Part shown: piece after piece, positions 17,574-26,775 of the stretch
How the letters are laid out: every line of letters starts with the position of its first letter
Numbering within the stretch: the first letter of the stretch is position 1
From: an uncultured Draconibacterium sp.
GTDB lineage: Bacteria; Bacteroidota; Bacteroidia; Bacteroidales; JAADGE01
Assembly: GCA_964500765.1 (NCBI GenBank)
Contig: CAZCPV010000001.1
Span: 1 to 38,604 of the forward strand
Length of the DNA: 38,604 nt
Direction of reading: 5' to 3'
Position numbers and translations under genes: made by a program
Notes under the pieces: model-generated
Database searches by the model: none
What the model was told of the DNA's origin: nothing
Seen by the model: the letters and a program-made list of their open reading frames with translations, nothing else

Positions 17574-19403
17574 ATGGATAAAAAGATAATAGAAGTTGAC
17601 CAGGTTGTTATTAAGTTTGCCGGTGATTCCGGTGACGGAATGCAACTTACCGGAACTCAATTTTCAAACACATCGGCACTCATCGGAGACGATGTTTCAA
17701 CTTTCCCGGATTATCCGGCGGAAATACGTGCACCCCAGGGAACCGTAGGCGGTGTCTCGGGCTTTCAATTACATTTCGGAAAAAAAGTAGATACTCCCGG
17801 AGACTTTGCCGATGTTTTGGTTGCAATGAATCCGGCAGCATTAAAAGCAAATGTAAAATGGGCAAAAGACGGAGCTACGATTATTATCGACACCGATTCG
17901 TTTACCGACAAAAATTTTGCAAAAGCGGGTTGTCTCGAAGATAAGTTAAAAGAAATATATAACGATTACAATGTTATTGAAGCCCCGATAACTTCATTAA
18001 CCAAAGAAAGTTTAAAAGATACGGGTTTAGATGCAAAAAGTATGATCCGAAGTAAAAATATGTTTGCTCTCGGTATGGTTTATTGCATTTTTGACCGCCC
18101 TATGGAACATTCAATTAAGTTTTTTGAAACAAAATTTGCCAAAAAACCCGAAATTGCCGAAGCCAATAAAAAAGTATTGAAAGACGGTTTTAATTATGCC
18201 GTTACAATTCATGCAATGCCTTCATACAGAGTGCATACTTCAACAATCGAAAAAGGGACATACAGAAATATTAACGGAAATACGGCAACTTCATGGGGTT
18301 TGTTGGCTGCTGCCGAAAAAGCAAATCTTCCGTTTTTCTTGGGTTCCTATCCGATTACCCCGGCTTCCGAAATTCTTGTCGAAATTGAAAAAAGAAGAGA
18401 CCTCGGTGCAAAAGCATTTCAGGCGGAAGATGAAATAGGCGGTATTACAACATCAATCGGAGCCGCATTTGCAGGTCATCTTGCGGCAACTTCAACATCC
18501 GGTCCCGGTTTAGCTTTAAAAGGTGAAGCACTCGGTTTAGCCGTTATTACGGAACTCCCTTTGGTTGTTGTAAATGTTCAAAGAGGCGGACCGTCAACCG
18601 GCTTACCCACAAAAACCGAACAATCCGACTTGTTTCAAGCACTGTTCGGACGAAACGGCGAAAGTCCCGTACCGGTTATTGCGGCAAGCACACCTTCAAA
18701 TTGCTTTAATTATGCTTTCGAAGCCGCAAAAATTGCTTTGGAACATATGACGCCCGTTGTTTTATTAACCGACGGATTTATTGCCAACGGAACCGAACCT
18801 TGGAAAATTCCCGCAATGAAAGATATGCCGGAAATTAAAACACAATTTATCGGTAAAGATGAGAAAGAATATATGCCTTATTTGCGTGATAAAAAAATGG
18901 TAAGAAAATGGGCTGTTCCGGGAATGAAAGGATTTGAACACCGTATCGGCGGTTTGGAAAAAATGGAAGTTACGGGTAATGTTTCCTATGTTCCGGAAAA
19001 TCATGAAGCTATGAGTATTGAAAGGGATGAAAAAATTAAATTTATTCAAGATGAAATTCCCGAACTTAAAGTTGAAGGAAATGAAGATGCCGATGTTTTG
19101 GTTGTCGGGTGGGGAAGTACCTACGGTCATTTAACAACAGCCGTAAGAGAACTGAACGAAGCCGGAAAAAAAGTGGCTCATGCACATTTTAATTATATAA
19201 ATCCTTTACCGAAAAATACAAATGATGTTCTTTCAAAATATAAAGAAATTATTGTATTTGAATTGAACCTCGGACAATTTGCAAAATATTTACGAATGAT
19301 GCATCCGCATAATCATTACGAATATTATGATAAAATTCAAGGTTTGCCTTTAACGGTTACGGAAATAAAAGAAAAAGTTAATCAAATTTTAGAACAATTA
19401 TAG
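17574..19403 (+). CDS. korA: 2-oxoglutarate/2-oxoacid:ferredoxin oxidoreductase, alpha subunit (fused gamma-alpha type)
   Basis: 609 aa. Motifs seen: FAGDSGDGMQLTG, FPDYPAEIRAP, GSYPITPASEIL, QAEDEIGGI, VVNVQRGGPSTGLPTKTEQSD. Confidence 0.9.
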   Translation: MDKKIIEVDQVVIKFAGDSGDGMQLTGTQFSNTSALIGDDVSTFPDYPAEIRAPQGTVGGVSGFQLHFGKKVDTPGDFADVLVAMNPAALKANVKWAKDGATIIIDTDSFTDKNFAKAGCLEDKLKEIYNDYNVIEAPITSLTKESLKDTGLDAKSMIRSKNMFALGMVYCIFDRPMEHSIKFFETKFAKKPEIAEANKKVLKDGFNYAVTIHAMPSYRVHTSTIEKGTYRNINGNTATSWGLLAAAEKANLPFFLGSYPITPASEILVEIEKRRDLGAKAFQAEDEIGGITTSIGAAFAGHLAATSTSGPGLALKGEALGLAVITELPLVVVNVQRGGPSTGLPTKTEQSDLFQALFGRNGESPVPVIAASTPSNCFNYAFEAAKIALEHMTPVVLLTDGFIANGTEPWKIPAMKDMPEIKTQFIGKDEKEYMPYLRDKKMVRKWAVPGMKGFEHRIGGLEKMEVTGNVSYVPENHEAMSIERDEKIKFIQDEIPELKVEGNEDADVLVVGWGSTYGHLTTAVRELNEAGKKVAHAHFNYINPLPKNTNDVLSKYKEIIVFELNLGQFAKYLRMMHPHNHYEYYDKIQGLPLTVTEIKEKVNQILEQL

Positions 19404-19405
19404 TC

Positions 19406-20422
19406 ATGGCAGATACAAAATATACATTCAAAGATTTTAAAAGCGATCAGGAAATAAGATGGTGTCCCGGTTGCGGCGATATTGCTATTCTGATGGCAGT
19501 TCAAAAAGCAATGGCTGCTTTAGACCACAATAAAGAAGATTATGCCGTTATCTCGGGTATCGGCTGTTCTTCTCGCTTTCCTTATTATATGAATACTTAC
19601 GGTTTTCACGGAATACACGGGCGAGCAGGGGTACTTGCTTCCGGCGTAAAAACGGCAAATCCGAAATTAAGCGTTTGGCAAATTACCGGCGACGGCGACG
19701 GTCTGGCAATCGGAGGAAACCATTTTATACATGAGATAAGACGTAATATTGATTTGAATATCGTTTTGTTTAATAATCAAATTTACGGTTTAACAAAAGG
19801 ACAGTATTCGCCTACATCTGTTTTCGGTCAAATTACGAAATCTTCTCCTTACGGAACTATCGAACAACCTTTTCACCCGGGCGAGTTGGTAATAGGTGCA
19901 AGAGGCAAGTTTTTTGCTCGTACAATTGATAATAAAGTTGCGGAAACTGTTGATATTTTAATAGAAGCCGATAAACATAAAGGTGCTTCGGTTGTTGAAA
20001 TTTTGCAAAATTGCGTAATTTATAATAACGGTGCTCACAGTGCTATTACTTCCAAAGAAACACGCGATGATAATCAACTTTGGCTGAAACACGGCGAACC
20101 TATGATTTTCGGTAAAGAAAAAAATAAAGGTTTGGTTTTGGACGGATTAAATCTGAAAGTGGTTACAATCGGAGAAAACGGAATAACAAAAGATGATATT
20201 TTGGTTCATGATGCACATCAGGAACTGCCCTATATTCATTTGGCACTGATTAATATGAATGTTGCAGACGGTTTTCCGGTTGCATTCGGCATAATTCGTT
20301 CGGTTGAAGCTCCTACTTACGAAGTATTGCTTGAAAAACAAATAAAAGATGTTCAATCGCGTTCAAAAATTAAGAATGTGGACGATTTACTGCACAGCGG
20401 TAATACTTGGACAGTTGAATAA
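19406..20422 (+). CDS. korB: 2-oxoglutarate/2-oxoacid:ferredoxin oxidoreductase, beta (TPP-binding) subunit
   Basis: 338 aa, starting 2 nt after the korA stop. Motifs seen: RWCPGCGD, GIGCSSRFPYY, ITGDGDGLAIGGNHFIH, NNQIYGLTKGQ. Confidence 0.92.
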   Translation: MADTKYTFKDFKSDQEIRWCPGCGDIAILMAVQKAMAALDHNKEDYAVISGIGCSSRFPYYMNTYGFHGIHGRAGVLASGVKTANPKLSVWQITGDGDGLAIGGNHFIHEIRRNIDLNIVLFNNQIYGLTKGQYSPTSVFGQITKSSPYGTIEQPFHPGELVIGARGKFFARTIDNKVAETVDILIEADKHKGASVVEILQNCVIYNNGAHSAITSKETRDDNQLWLKHGEPMIFGKEKNKGLVLDGLNLKVVTIGENGITKDDILVHDAHQELPYIHLALINMNVADGFPVAFGIIRSVEAPTYEVLLEKQIKDVQSRSKIKNVDDLLHSGNTWTVE

Positions 20423-20440
20423 ATTGTATTTCAAAAATTA

Positions 20441-20474
20441 AAAATGCCGTGCTTTAAAAGTACGGCATTTTTTG
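20441..20474. terminator. bidirectional intrinsic terminator between the convergent korB and PLP-enzyme genes
   Basis: Stem AAAATGCCGT (20441..20450) / ACGGCATTTT (20462..20471). It is flanked by an A-run on one side and a T-run on the other, so it reads as hairpin plus U-tract on both strands. Confidence 0.8.
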
Positions 20475-21467
20475 TTAAAATTCATCGGCATATTTAAACA
20501 AAGCAGCCGACCCGCCCGTATGCCAAAATAATACTTTCGAAGTTTTCGGCATTTTTTGTTTTTTTAATATATCAAGCATTCCGTAAAATGCCCTTCCGGT
20601 ATAAACGGGGTCTAATAAAATGCCTTCTGTTTTTGCTGAAATATTTACTGCAAATCGCTCATTATTAGTTAATTGTCCGTATTCGGCAAGGTTGTAACCT
20701 TTTATAACGGGAATATCTTTTAAATCAAATGTTTGGGATAAATTAAATTTTTCGACACTTTCCTGCAATATTTTCAGAATTTCGGTTTCCAAAGAAAGCG
20801 TATAATCTTTTTCTTTGTCAATTTGAATCGGCATTAATGTCGTATCAATATCGAATAATATTTTTCCGGTCATAATTCCGCTTTGTGTACCGCCCGAGCT
20901 GCTGGCAAAAAAGATATAATCGATTTTCAACTTTTGTTCCGTCAATTGGTTTTTTAATTCTTTCATTGCCGAAACATAGCCCAATGAGCCCACAAAATTT
21001 GAGCCGCCTACCGGAATAAGATACACTTTTTTCCCTTCTTTTTCCAAACCGGTTTTCAGCTCTTTCAAATCTTCTTCTCTGCTTTTTTTGCTGCTGCCCG
21101 AAAAATGAAGATGTGCCCCGAGCAAATCGTCTAAAAATAAATTTCCCTGATATGTGTCCGGTTTGTACGCATTTAACAAAAGATGACATTCCAAGCCGGT
21201 TGTTGCACATGCTGCAGCCGTTTGTCTGCAATGGTTGGATTGCTGTGCACCTGCCGTTATTACGGTATCATATCCCTTATCAAGTGCATCTTTTATCAGA
21301 TATTCCAATTTTCGGGTTTTATTTCCGCCGGTGGCTAAACCCGTTTGGTCGTCTCGTTTTACATATATATCATAATCAAATTGTTTCGATAAATTTTTTA
21401 AATAATGCAAAGGGGTCGGAAAAAATCCTAAATCGTATTTATTTTTTAAAATATTAATGTTCGGCAT
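20475..21467 (-). CDS. PLP-dependent D-cysteine desulfhydrase / ACC deaminase family enzyme
   Basis: 330 aa. Motifs seen: FPTPLHYL, VKRDDQTGLATGGNKTRKLEYL (PLP lysine), ITAGAQQSNHCRQTAAA, SSSGGTQSG, FWHTGG. Confidence 0.88.
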   Translation of the reverse strand: MPNINILKNKYDLGFFPTPLHYLKNLSKQFDYDIYVKRDDQTGLATGGNKTRKLEYLIKDALDKGYDTVITAGAQQSNHCRQTAAACATTGLECHLLLNAYKPDTYQGNLFLDDLLGAHLHFSGSSKKSREEDLKELKTGLEKEGKKVYLIPVGGSNFVGSLGYVSAMKELKNQLTEQKLKIDYIFFASSSGGTQSGIMTGKILFDIDTTLMPIQIDKEKDYTLSLETEILKILQESVEKFNLSQTFDLKDIPVIKGYNLAEYGQLTNNERFAVNISAKTEGILLDPVYTGRAFYGMLDILKKQKMPKTSKVLFWHTGGSAALFKYADEF

Positions 21468-21488
21468 GCTTGAAATGTTTATCTTTTG

Positions 21489-23894
21489 TCATTTTTTATT
21501 CCCTTCCGGAGAAAATACGGCTGTATAAACGGCATTTTCTTTAATCTTTTTCAAACTGATATAATCCGGATGATATTCACCTTTGATATACATGTCGGTT
21601 TGGTCGCAATAATGCTTGCTCGAAGGAATATCACTTACTCCCGTCGGTATGATACTCAATGAGTTATCAAAATCAGATAAGTCGTAAATATGTCTGTGCG
21701 ATGCCCCGTGATTGGCAAGATACGGGTCGTTAAAATCATAAGAATAGGGGCTTACCGTATGATAACTTCCGCCGACGCGCGGCATTCTGTTCAGATTAAA
21801 AGCAAAATTAAGCATCTTATTTTTTCCGAGCGGATGTTGTAAATTTAATTTATGAATATCGCCCCACTTGGTTTCCGTTATCATTTTTCCGGTTCGTTTT
21901 TTAAATTCGGGAATCAGTTCCTTAAACGATTTTTGAACCATATCTTTCAGCGTTTCAACTTTATCTTTGGTATTCACGTCATCACACCATAAGGAACCGT
22001 CTTTTTTTATTGTGTTGTCAATCAGATAATTGGTAAGCAAGTCTGTTTTTTGGAATTCTTTATAAAGTTTTTCTCCGGTTTCATCTTCAATAATATTTTT
22101 TGCCAAAACAAGATAAAATTCTTCAAAAATAAGCGGTGCAACTTCATCTTTTGAATATACATTATCCCAATTTTTTAATAAATCAAGTGCTTTTTGCTCA
22201 TCGGGCGTTAAATCTGTCATTTCGTTAATATATTTCAGAATAACGGGTTTCATATCATCAACTAAAACGGAATGTTGGTCGTTTTGCATTTTCTTAAAGT
22301 CCTCAATTGACAGTTTGTCTTTTGCCGTAAGCATTTGTTTTATACGGTTTGCCCTGTTTGGTAAATCGAACCATTCGCTGATATAGTACGGATAATTTTT
22401 GTCGATTGTACGGTTATTTGCGGAAAATACATAACCGTTTTCCGGATTATAGATGTAGGGCAAAGAATCAAACGGTACGAATGTATTCCAATCATACAAA
22501 CTTGTATCGCCCGGGAAAAACAAATAACCGGGAGCTTTTCTTTCCGGAATACCGGCACAACATTGTAATCCGATGTTTCCTTCTTTGTCGGCATAAGCAA
22601 TATTTTGACTGACGGATTTAAAGCTGCTGCATGCGTTTCTGAATTCTTTCCAATTTTTAGCTCTGTTCAGTAAATATATGGTTCTTAGTTCGTTACTCGG
22701 CTCGTTGCCTATCCAGTGCATCGAAATTACTTTGTCTTTTATATTTTTAAACCCGCTTATAACAGGTCCTCTGTGTGTGTATTTTATTTCTTTTTCTGCG
22801 GGATTGTCTTCGCCGCTGATTTTAATTTTTTCTTTTTCAACTTTCATATCTTTCCAACTGCCATTGTATTTATATTGGTTCGGATTGTCGGGATTTACTG
22901 TTTCGATATAAAAATCAGCACCGTCGAGCATTACATTTGTCATTCCCCAGGCAATGTCGGCATTGTGTCCGGCTATTACAAACGGTTGTCCGGGAAGAAT
23001 GACACCGGTTACGTCTAATTTTCCGTCAATTTGTTGGTGTATTTGCGACCAAATTCCGGGTATCATAAGTCCGAGGTGCATGTCGTTGGAAAAAATCGGT
23101 TTACCCGTTGTGCTTTTTTTTCCGGCAACTACCCAATTATTACTTGCTCTGAAAATTGAGGGAGCTAATTTTTCCGTTTTTTTCAAATTTGCCGTTAAAG
23201 CGGAATCATCAAGTTGAAGATTTTTATCAAAATCGGGATATACGAAGGTTTTTTGAAGAGACATATCAGGCAAAAGTTCTTTGAATTTTTCCTTACTTAC
23301 GGCATTTTTCATTTTGTACATAATGGATTCGGTTCCCCAGCCCGTTTCAAGGTTCCAAGCCATATATCCGATTAAATTTAACGAGTGTTTCGGTGTCCAT
23401 TTTTCCGGTTTATAACCGAGAACTTTAAATTCAAAAGACAGATTATTTTCTTCGATGTATTGATTAACGCCGTCGGCGTAATTTTGCAGAGCTTTCAGCA
23501 TTTCCGGGCTGATGATGCTTAATACGTAATCAGATTTTTCGGGCATTCTTAACGAACGAAGAATAAGATCGGTTTCAACCATGTCTTTTCCGAAAATCTC
23601 GGATAAACGACCTTGCGTAACTCTCCGCAACAAATCCATTTGCCACATGCGGTCTTGTGCTTGTATATATCCGGTTACTTTGTATAAATCGTCTTCGTTT
23701 GCAGCGATTATATGCGGAATTCCGAATTTATCCCGATAAACGGTAACCTTGTTTTTTAATCCTTTTATACTTACATTTTTATTGTAATCAACTGTTCCTG
23801 AATTTTTTATACTGTTAATAAAAATATATCCGGCTATTGAAATAATGAAGATAATAAATAATAAAATCAATACTGTTTTTTTTCCGCGTTTCAT
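21489..23894 (-). CDS. penicillin/N-acyl-homoserine-lactone acylase family Ntn hydrolase
   Basis: 801 aa with an N-terminal signal/anchor. The alpha-chain motif AQDRMWQMDLLRR is present, as is the autoprocessing nucleophile context SNNWVVAGKKSTTGKPIFSNDMHL. Its stop lies 21 nt upstream of the next gene start. Confidence 0.9.
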   Translation of the reverse strand: MKRGKKTVLILLFIIFIISIAGYIFINSIKNSGTVDYNKNVSIKGLKNKVTVYRDKFGIPHIIAANEDDLYKVTGYIQAQDRMWQMDLLRRVTQGRLSEIFGKDMVETDLILRSLRMPEKSDYVLSIISPEMLKALQNYADGVNQYIEENNLSFEFKVLGYKPEKWTPKHSLNLIGYMAWNLETGWGTESIMYKMKNAVSKEKFKELLPDMSLQKTFVYPDFDKNLQLDDSALTANLKKTEKLAPSIFRASNNWVVAGKKSTTGKPIFSNDMHLGLMIPGIWSQIHQQIDGKLDVTGVILPGQPFVIAGHNADIAWGMTNVMLDGADFYIETVNPDNPNQYKYNGSWKDMKVEKEKIKISGEDNPAEKEIKYTHRGPVISGFKNIKDKVISMHWIGNEPSNELRTIYLLNRAKNWKEFRNACSSFKSVSQNIAYADKEGNIGLQCCAGIPERKAPGYLFFPGDTSLYDWNTFVPFDSLPYIYNPENGYVFSANNRTIDKNYPYYISEWFDLPNRANRIKQMLTAKDKLSIEDFKKMQNDQHSVLVDDMKPVILKYINEMTDLTPDEQKALDLLKNWDNVYSKDEVAPLIFEEFYLVLAKNIIEDETGEKLYKEFQKTDLLTNYLIDNTIKKDGSLWCDDVNTKDKVETLKDMVQKSFKELIPEFKKRTGKMITETKWGDIHKLNLQHPLGKNKMLNFAFNLNRMPRVGGSYHTVSPYSYDFNDPYLANHGASHRHIYDLSDFDNSLSIIPTGVSDIPSSKHYCDQTDMYIKGEYHPDYISLKKIKENAVYTAVFSPEGNKK

Positions 23895-23926
23895 GATATT
23901 TGTGTTTTAGTGAATGAAATTTTTAC

Positions 23927-23934
23927 CAAATATA
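23927..23934 (-). promoter_or_regulatory. -7 promoter motif (TATATTTG on minus strand) for the acylase operon
   Basis: Exact TAnnTTTG match 32 nt upstream of the ATG at 23894, abutting the upstream terminator. Confidence 0.45.
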
Positions 23935-23966
23935 TAAAAAAAGAGTATCCTTAAAAAGAATACTCC
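23934..23966 (-). terminator. intrinsic terminator after the DUF2892 gene
   Basis: Stem GAGTAT (23943..23948) / ATACTC (23960..23965). On the minus strand it is followed by a T-run of 7 or more (the A-run at 23936..23942). Confidence 0.65.
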
Positions 23967-23989
23967 GAAAATTTACATTTTTTTGAGTT

Positions 23990-24208
23990 TTATTCCGATT
24001 TTGCTTTTTTCATCGGGCAAGTGGACATTCCGAATAAGGAATACAGTCCGCAAAAATTTATAAGTGCGGTTACCAATGAAATACCGGCGGCAACCAAAAA
24101 TATAATTCCGAGTGTTCCGGTAACGACATTCGTAAAGTATAAAGCAACTAAAACAACGGCAATTAAAATTCTGATAATTTTATCGGTTTTTCCTACATTT
24201 TTTTTCAT
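23990..24208 (-). CDS. small two-helix membrane protein (DUF2892/YgaP-like)
   Basis: 72 aa. Sequence runs GKTDKIIRILIAVVL, then two hydrophobic helices, then FCGLYSLFGMSTCP. It has its own TAnnTTTG motif and terminator. Confidence 0.7.
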   Translation of the reverse strand: MKKNVGKTDKIIRILIAVVLVALYFTNVVTGTLGIIFLVAAGISLVTALINFCGLYSLFGMSTCPMKKAKSE

Positions 24209-24239
24209 GATATAAAGTTTTTAATGAATAAATTTAATG

Positions 24240-24247
24240 CAAAGTTA
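24240..24247 (-). promoter_or_regulatory. -7 promoter motif (TAACTTTG on minus strand) for the DUF2892 gene
   Basis: Exact TAnnTTTG match 31 nt upstream of the ATG at 24208. Confidence 0.45.
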
Positions 24248-24292
24248 AATCGACCTTTATATTAAATGTGTAACTTATATCACAGGGAACGA

Positions 24293-25339
24293 TTATTTTA
24301 ATCTCATTTTTGCTTTTACCGGTTGATGGTCTGAAAATTTAAAACCGACATTAATATTCTTTACCGACACACCTTTTATATTAGGCGATAATAACAAAAA
24401 GTCGATAACCGTTGTTAACGTTTTGCCTTTTTTATAAGGTGCGGAAACTCTTCTGTTAGTAGGTAAGGTATTGTCATACAACCAAGTCCATTTCGGTAAA
24501 TAATCGGATGGGATATCGGTTTTTACGACTGTGTCCATGATATTTTCTTTAAATTTCGGTATAAAATTCGGCGGGCATTGATTCCAATCACCGGCAACAA
24601 CAATATAATTTCCGTTTTTATATTCTTCCTTCAAAAATGTTTTTAAATATTCCATTTGTTGTGCTTTAAGCGTACCGTCGTCATAAGCCGAATTATGTGT
24701 GTTTATAATCAGCAGTTCTTTCCCGTTTGTAAGTTTGTATCGGTTTACCAAAAAACATCGGTCGAGCATAAATAAACCCGTAGGCCACGAATAATTCCCC
24801 GGAAATGAATAACGTGTTGAGTTTTCGGGAGTATATTTGCTGACGGTCATTAAGCCGCCGTTAACTTTTCCCATAGGGTCGGCAGGCGGAGTAGGGACAA
24901 AAAATACATCGTAATTTTTACCGTAAACGCATGTTCGTTCCGGAAAAATATTTGCAATTGTATCAAATTCATTAAAGTAATAACTTCGTTTAGAATGTTT
25001 GTCAACTTCTTGAATTAAAATAAAATCGGTATTTTGATTCTTTTGTAAAAAAGATTTTACCCCTTGTATATTTTCTTTTACTTTTTCTTCGGAAGGTCTT
25101 ACATTTTTACCGCCGTCGTAGAAAAAATCCATTTCTTTATTTAATCCGCAATATCCTATATTCCAAAGCATCAGAGTGTATTCCGTTGTGTCGCTTAATA
25201 AATCCGGATTTTCTGAAGTCAGTAACGTAATTTTTTCTTCGGGTTTATAGTCGTTTATACTTGCATAAACCAGAAATAAACCGAATGCAACGATAATTAT
25301 AATTATAAGGTACAAAAGTAATTTTAAAAGCTTTTTCAT
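24293..25339 (-). CDS. membrane-anchored endonuclease/exonuclease/phosphatase (EEP) family protein
   Basis: 348 aa with an N-terminal TM helix. EEP blocks seen: LMLWNIGY, ILIQEVD, IINTHNSAYD, VVAGDWN, FSDHQPV. Confidence 0.85.
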   Translation of the reverse strand: MKKLLKLLLYLIIIIIVAFGLFLVYASINDYKPEEKITLLTSENPDLLSDTTEYTLMLWNIGYCGLNKEMDFFYDGGKNVRPSEEKVKENIQGVKSFLQKNQNTDFILIQEVDKHSKRSYYFNEFDTIANIFPERTCVYGKNYDVFFVPTPPADPMGKVNGGLMTVSKYTPENSTRYSFPGNYSWPTGLFMLDRCFLVNRYKLTNGKELLIINTHNSAYDDGTLKAQQMEYLKTFLKEEYKNGNYIVVAGDWNQCPPNFIPKFKENIMDTVVKTDIPSDYLPKWTWLYDNTLPTNRRVSAPYKKGKTLTTVIDFLLLSPNIKGVSVKNINVGFKFSDHQPVKAKMRLK

Positions 25340-25366
25340 AATTGTTTAATTTTAAAAGTTTATCCT

Positions 25367-25374
25367 CAAAATTA
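25367..25374 (-). promoter_or_regulatory. -7 promoter motif (TAATTTTG on minus strand) for the EEP gene
   Basis: Exact TAnnTTTG match 27 nt upstream of the ATG at 25339. Confidence 0.45.
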
Positions 25375-25416
25375 CTTTTTATTAAATTAAAAATGTAAAA
25401 AATTAAATATTTTTTT

Positions 25417-25424
25417 TAGATTTG
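25417..25424 (+). promoter_or_regulatory. -7 promoter motif (TAGATTTG) for the Omp85-like gene
   Basis: Exact TAnnTTTG match 28 nt upstream of the ATG at 25453. It is divergent from the EEP promoter within the same 113-nt spacer. Confidence 0.45.
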
Positions 25425-25452
25425 TGATATATAATAATTAAAATTTCCGAAT

Positions 25453-26775
25453 ATGAAAAAGTTTACTTTGTTATTTGCTTTATTGTTTACGACAATAAGT
25501 ATTTTTGCTCAAACCGATTCTTTAAAAAAAGAAAAAGTTAAAACAGGTTTCAGTATGGGCGGTGTTCCCGTTGTTGCCTACGATGCCGATACCGGCTTTA
25601 AATACGGAGGATTAGTTAATTTGTATCTTTACGGCGACGGCAGTAATTATCCGAATTATAACCATTCATTGTATTTGGAATGGTCTCGAACAACCAAAGG
25701 CAGCGGAATTAATCAATTAACCTATGATGCTTTGACCTTAATTCCGAAAACAAGAGTTACTTTTGATGTTTCATATTTGACGGAACAGGCATTGAACTTT
25801 TACGGTTTTAACGGTTATCAGGCAAATTATAATTCTGCTTTTGAATTGACAAACGGGACAGATTATATTTCCAGAATGTATTATCGTCATTCCAGAAAAT
25901 TATTCAGAATTAAAGCCGATTTTCAAGGTGATATTTCTGAAAATTGGGGTAAAAAACTGCGTTGGTTAGCCGGTGTTGCCCATTACAGAGCAAATATTTC
26001 AACCGTAGATATAAATAAACTTAACGAAGGTAAAGATACTGATTTATTGCCCGATACGGCAACTTTATACGATAAATACGTTCAGTGGGGAGTTATTCCC
26101 GCCGACCAAGCAACCGGCGGTAACGTAACTTTTTTAAAAGCAGGTGCGGTTTATGATACGCGGGATAACGAAGCAAATCCCAATAAAGGAATGTGGTCGG
26201 AAGCACTCGTTGTTACGGCTCCCGGTTTTCTCGGTAACGATTATGCTTATACAAGATTATTATTGTCTCACAGACAGTATTTTACAATCTTTCCCGACCG
26301 ACTTACTTTTGCTTATCGTTTGAGTTATCAAACAAAAATTTCCGGAGAAATGCCTTTTTATATGTTACCTTATGCGATTGATTCCAAAGCAACAAAGGAC
26401 GGACTCGGCGGTGCTAAAAATATAAGAGGTGTTCTGAGAAATCGTATTGTAGGCGACGGTGTGGCATTCGGTAATTTTGAATTGCGTTCAAAATTCTTAA
26501 AAACGGTTATTTTAAATCAAAATTTTTATCTCGGTGTAAATGCTTTTGTTGATATGGGAATGGTTACATCACCTTATAAATTTGATACGACAAATGTGCC
26601 GACTGCGGAACTTGCAAACCTGCAATTTGCCGACGAAAATTTACATATCGGTTACGGCGGCGGAATTCGTTTCGTTATTAACAGTAATTTTATTATTGCC
26701 GTTGATTACGGTATTGCAGCAAAAAAACAAGACGGAACAAAAGGTTTGTATATCGGATTGAATTATTTGTTTTAA
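25453..26775 (+). CDS. Omp85/BamA-TamA-superfamily outer-membrane barrel without POTRA domains
   Basis: 440 aa with signal peptide MKKFTLLFALLFTTISIFAQ. The C-terminal barrel signature is HIGYGGGIRFVINSNFIIAVDYGIA followed by GLYIGLNYLF, ending in Phe. The barrel-like sequence begins about 30 residues after the signal peptide. Confidence 0.7.
   Translation: MKKFTLLFALLFTTISIFAQTDSLKKEKVKTGFSMGGVPVVAYDADTGFKYGGLVNLYLYGDGSNYPNYNHSLYLEWSRTTKGSGINQLTYDALTLIPKTRVTFDVSYLTEQALNFYGFNGYQANYNSAFELTNGTDYISRMYYRHSRKLFRIKADFQGDISENWGKKLRWLAGVAHYRANISTVDINKLNEGKDTDLLPDTATLYDKYVQWGVIPADQATGGNVTFLKAGAVYDTRDNEANPNKGMWSEALVVTAPGFLGNDYAYTRLLLSHRQYFTIFPDRLTFAYRLSYQTKISGEMPFYMLPYAIDSKATKDGLGGAKNIRGVLRNRIVGDGVAFGNFELRSKFLKTVILNQNFYLGVNAFVDMGMVTSPYKFDTTNVPTAELANLQFADENLHIGYGGGIRFVINSNFIIAVDYGIAAKKQDGTKGLYIGLNYLF

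Noticed and set aside
20845-21457. 128-aa and 114-aa ORFs overlapping the PLP-enzyme gene; similar cases at 18765..19130 and 22340..23217
   Set aside because: All overlap strongly supported genes in other frames or on the other strand, and they have Arg/Cys/Phe-rich nonsense-like composition.
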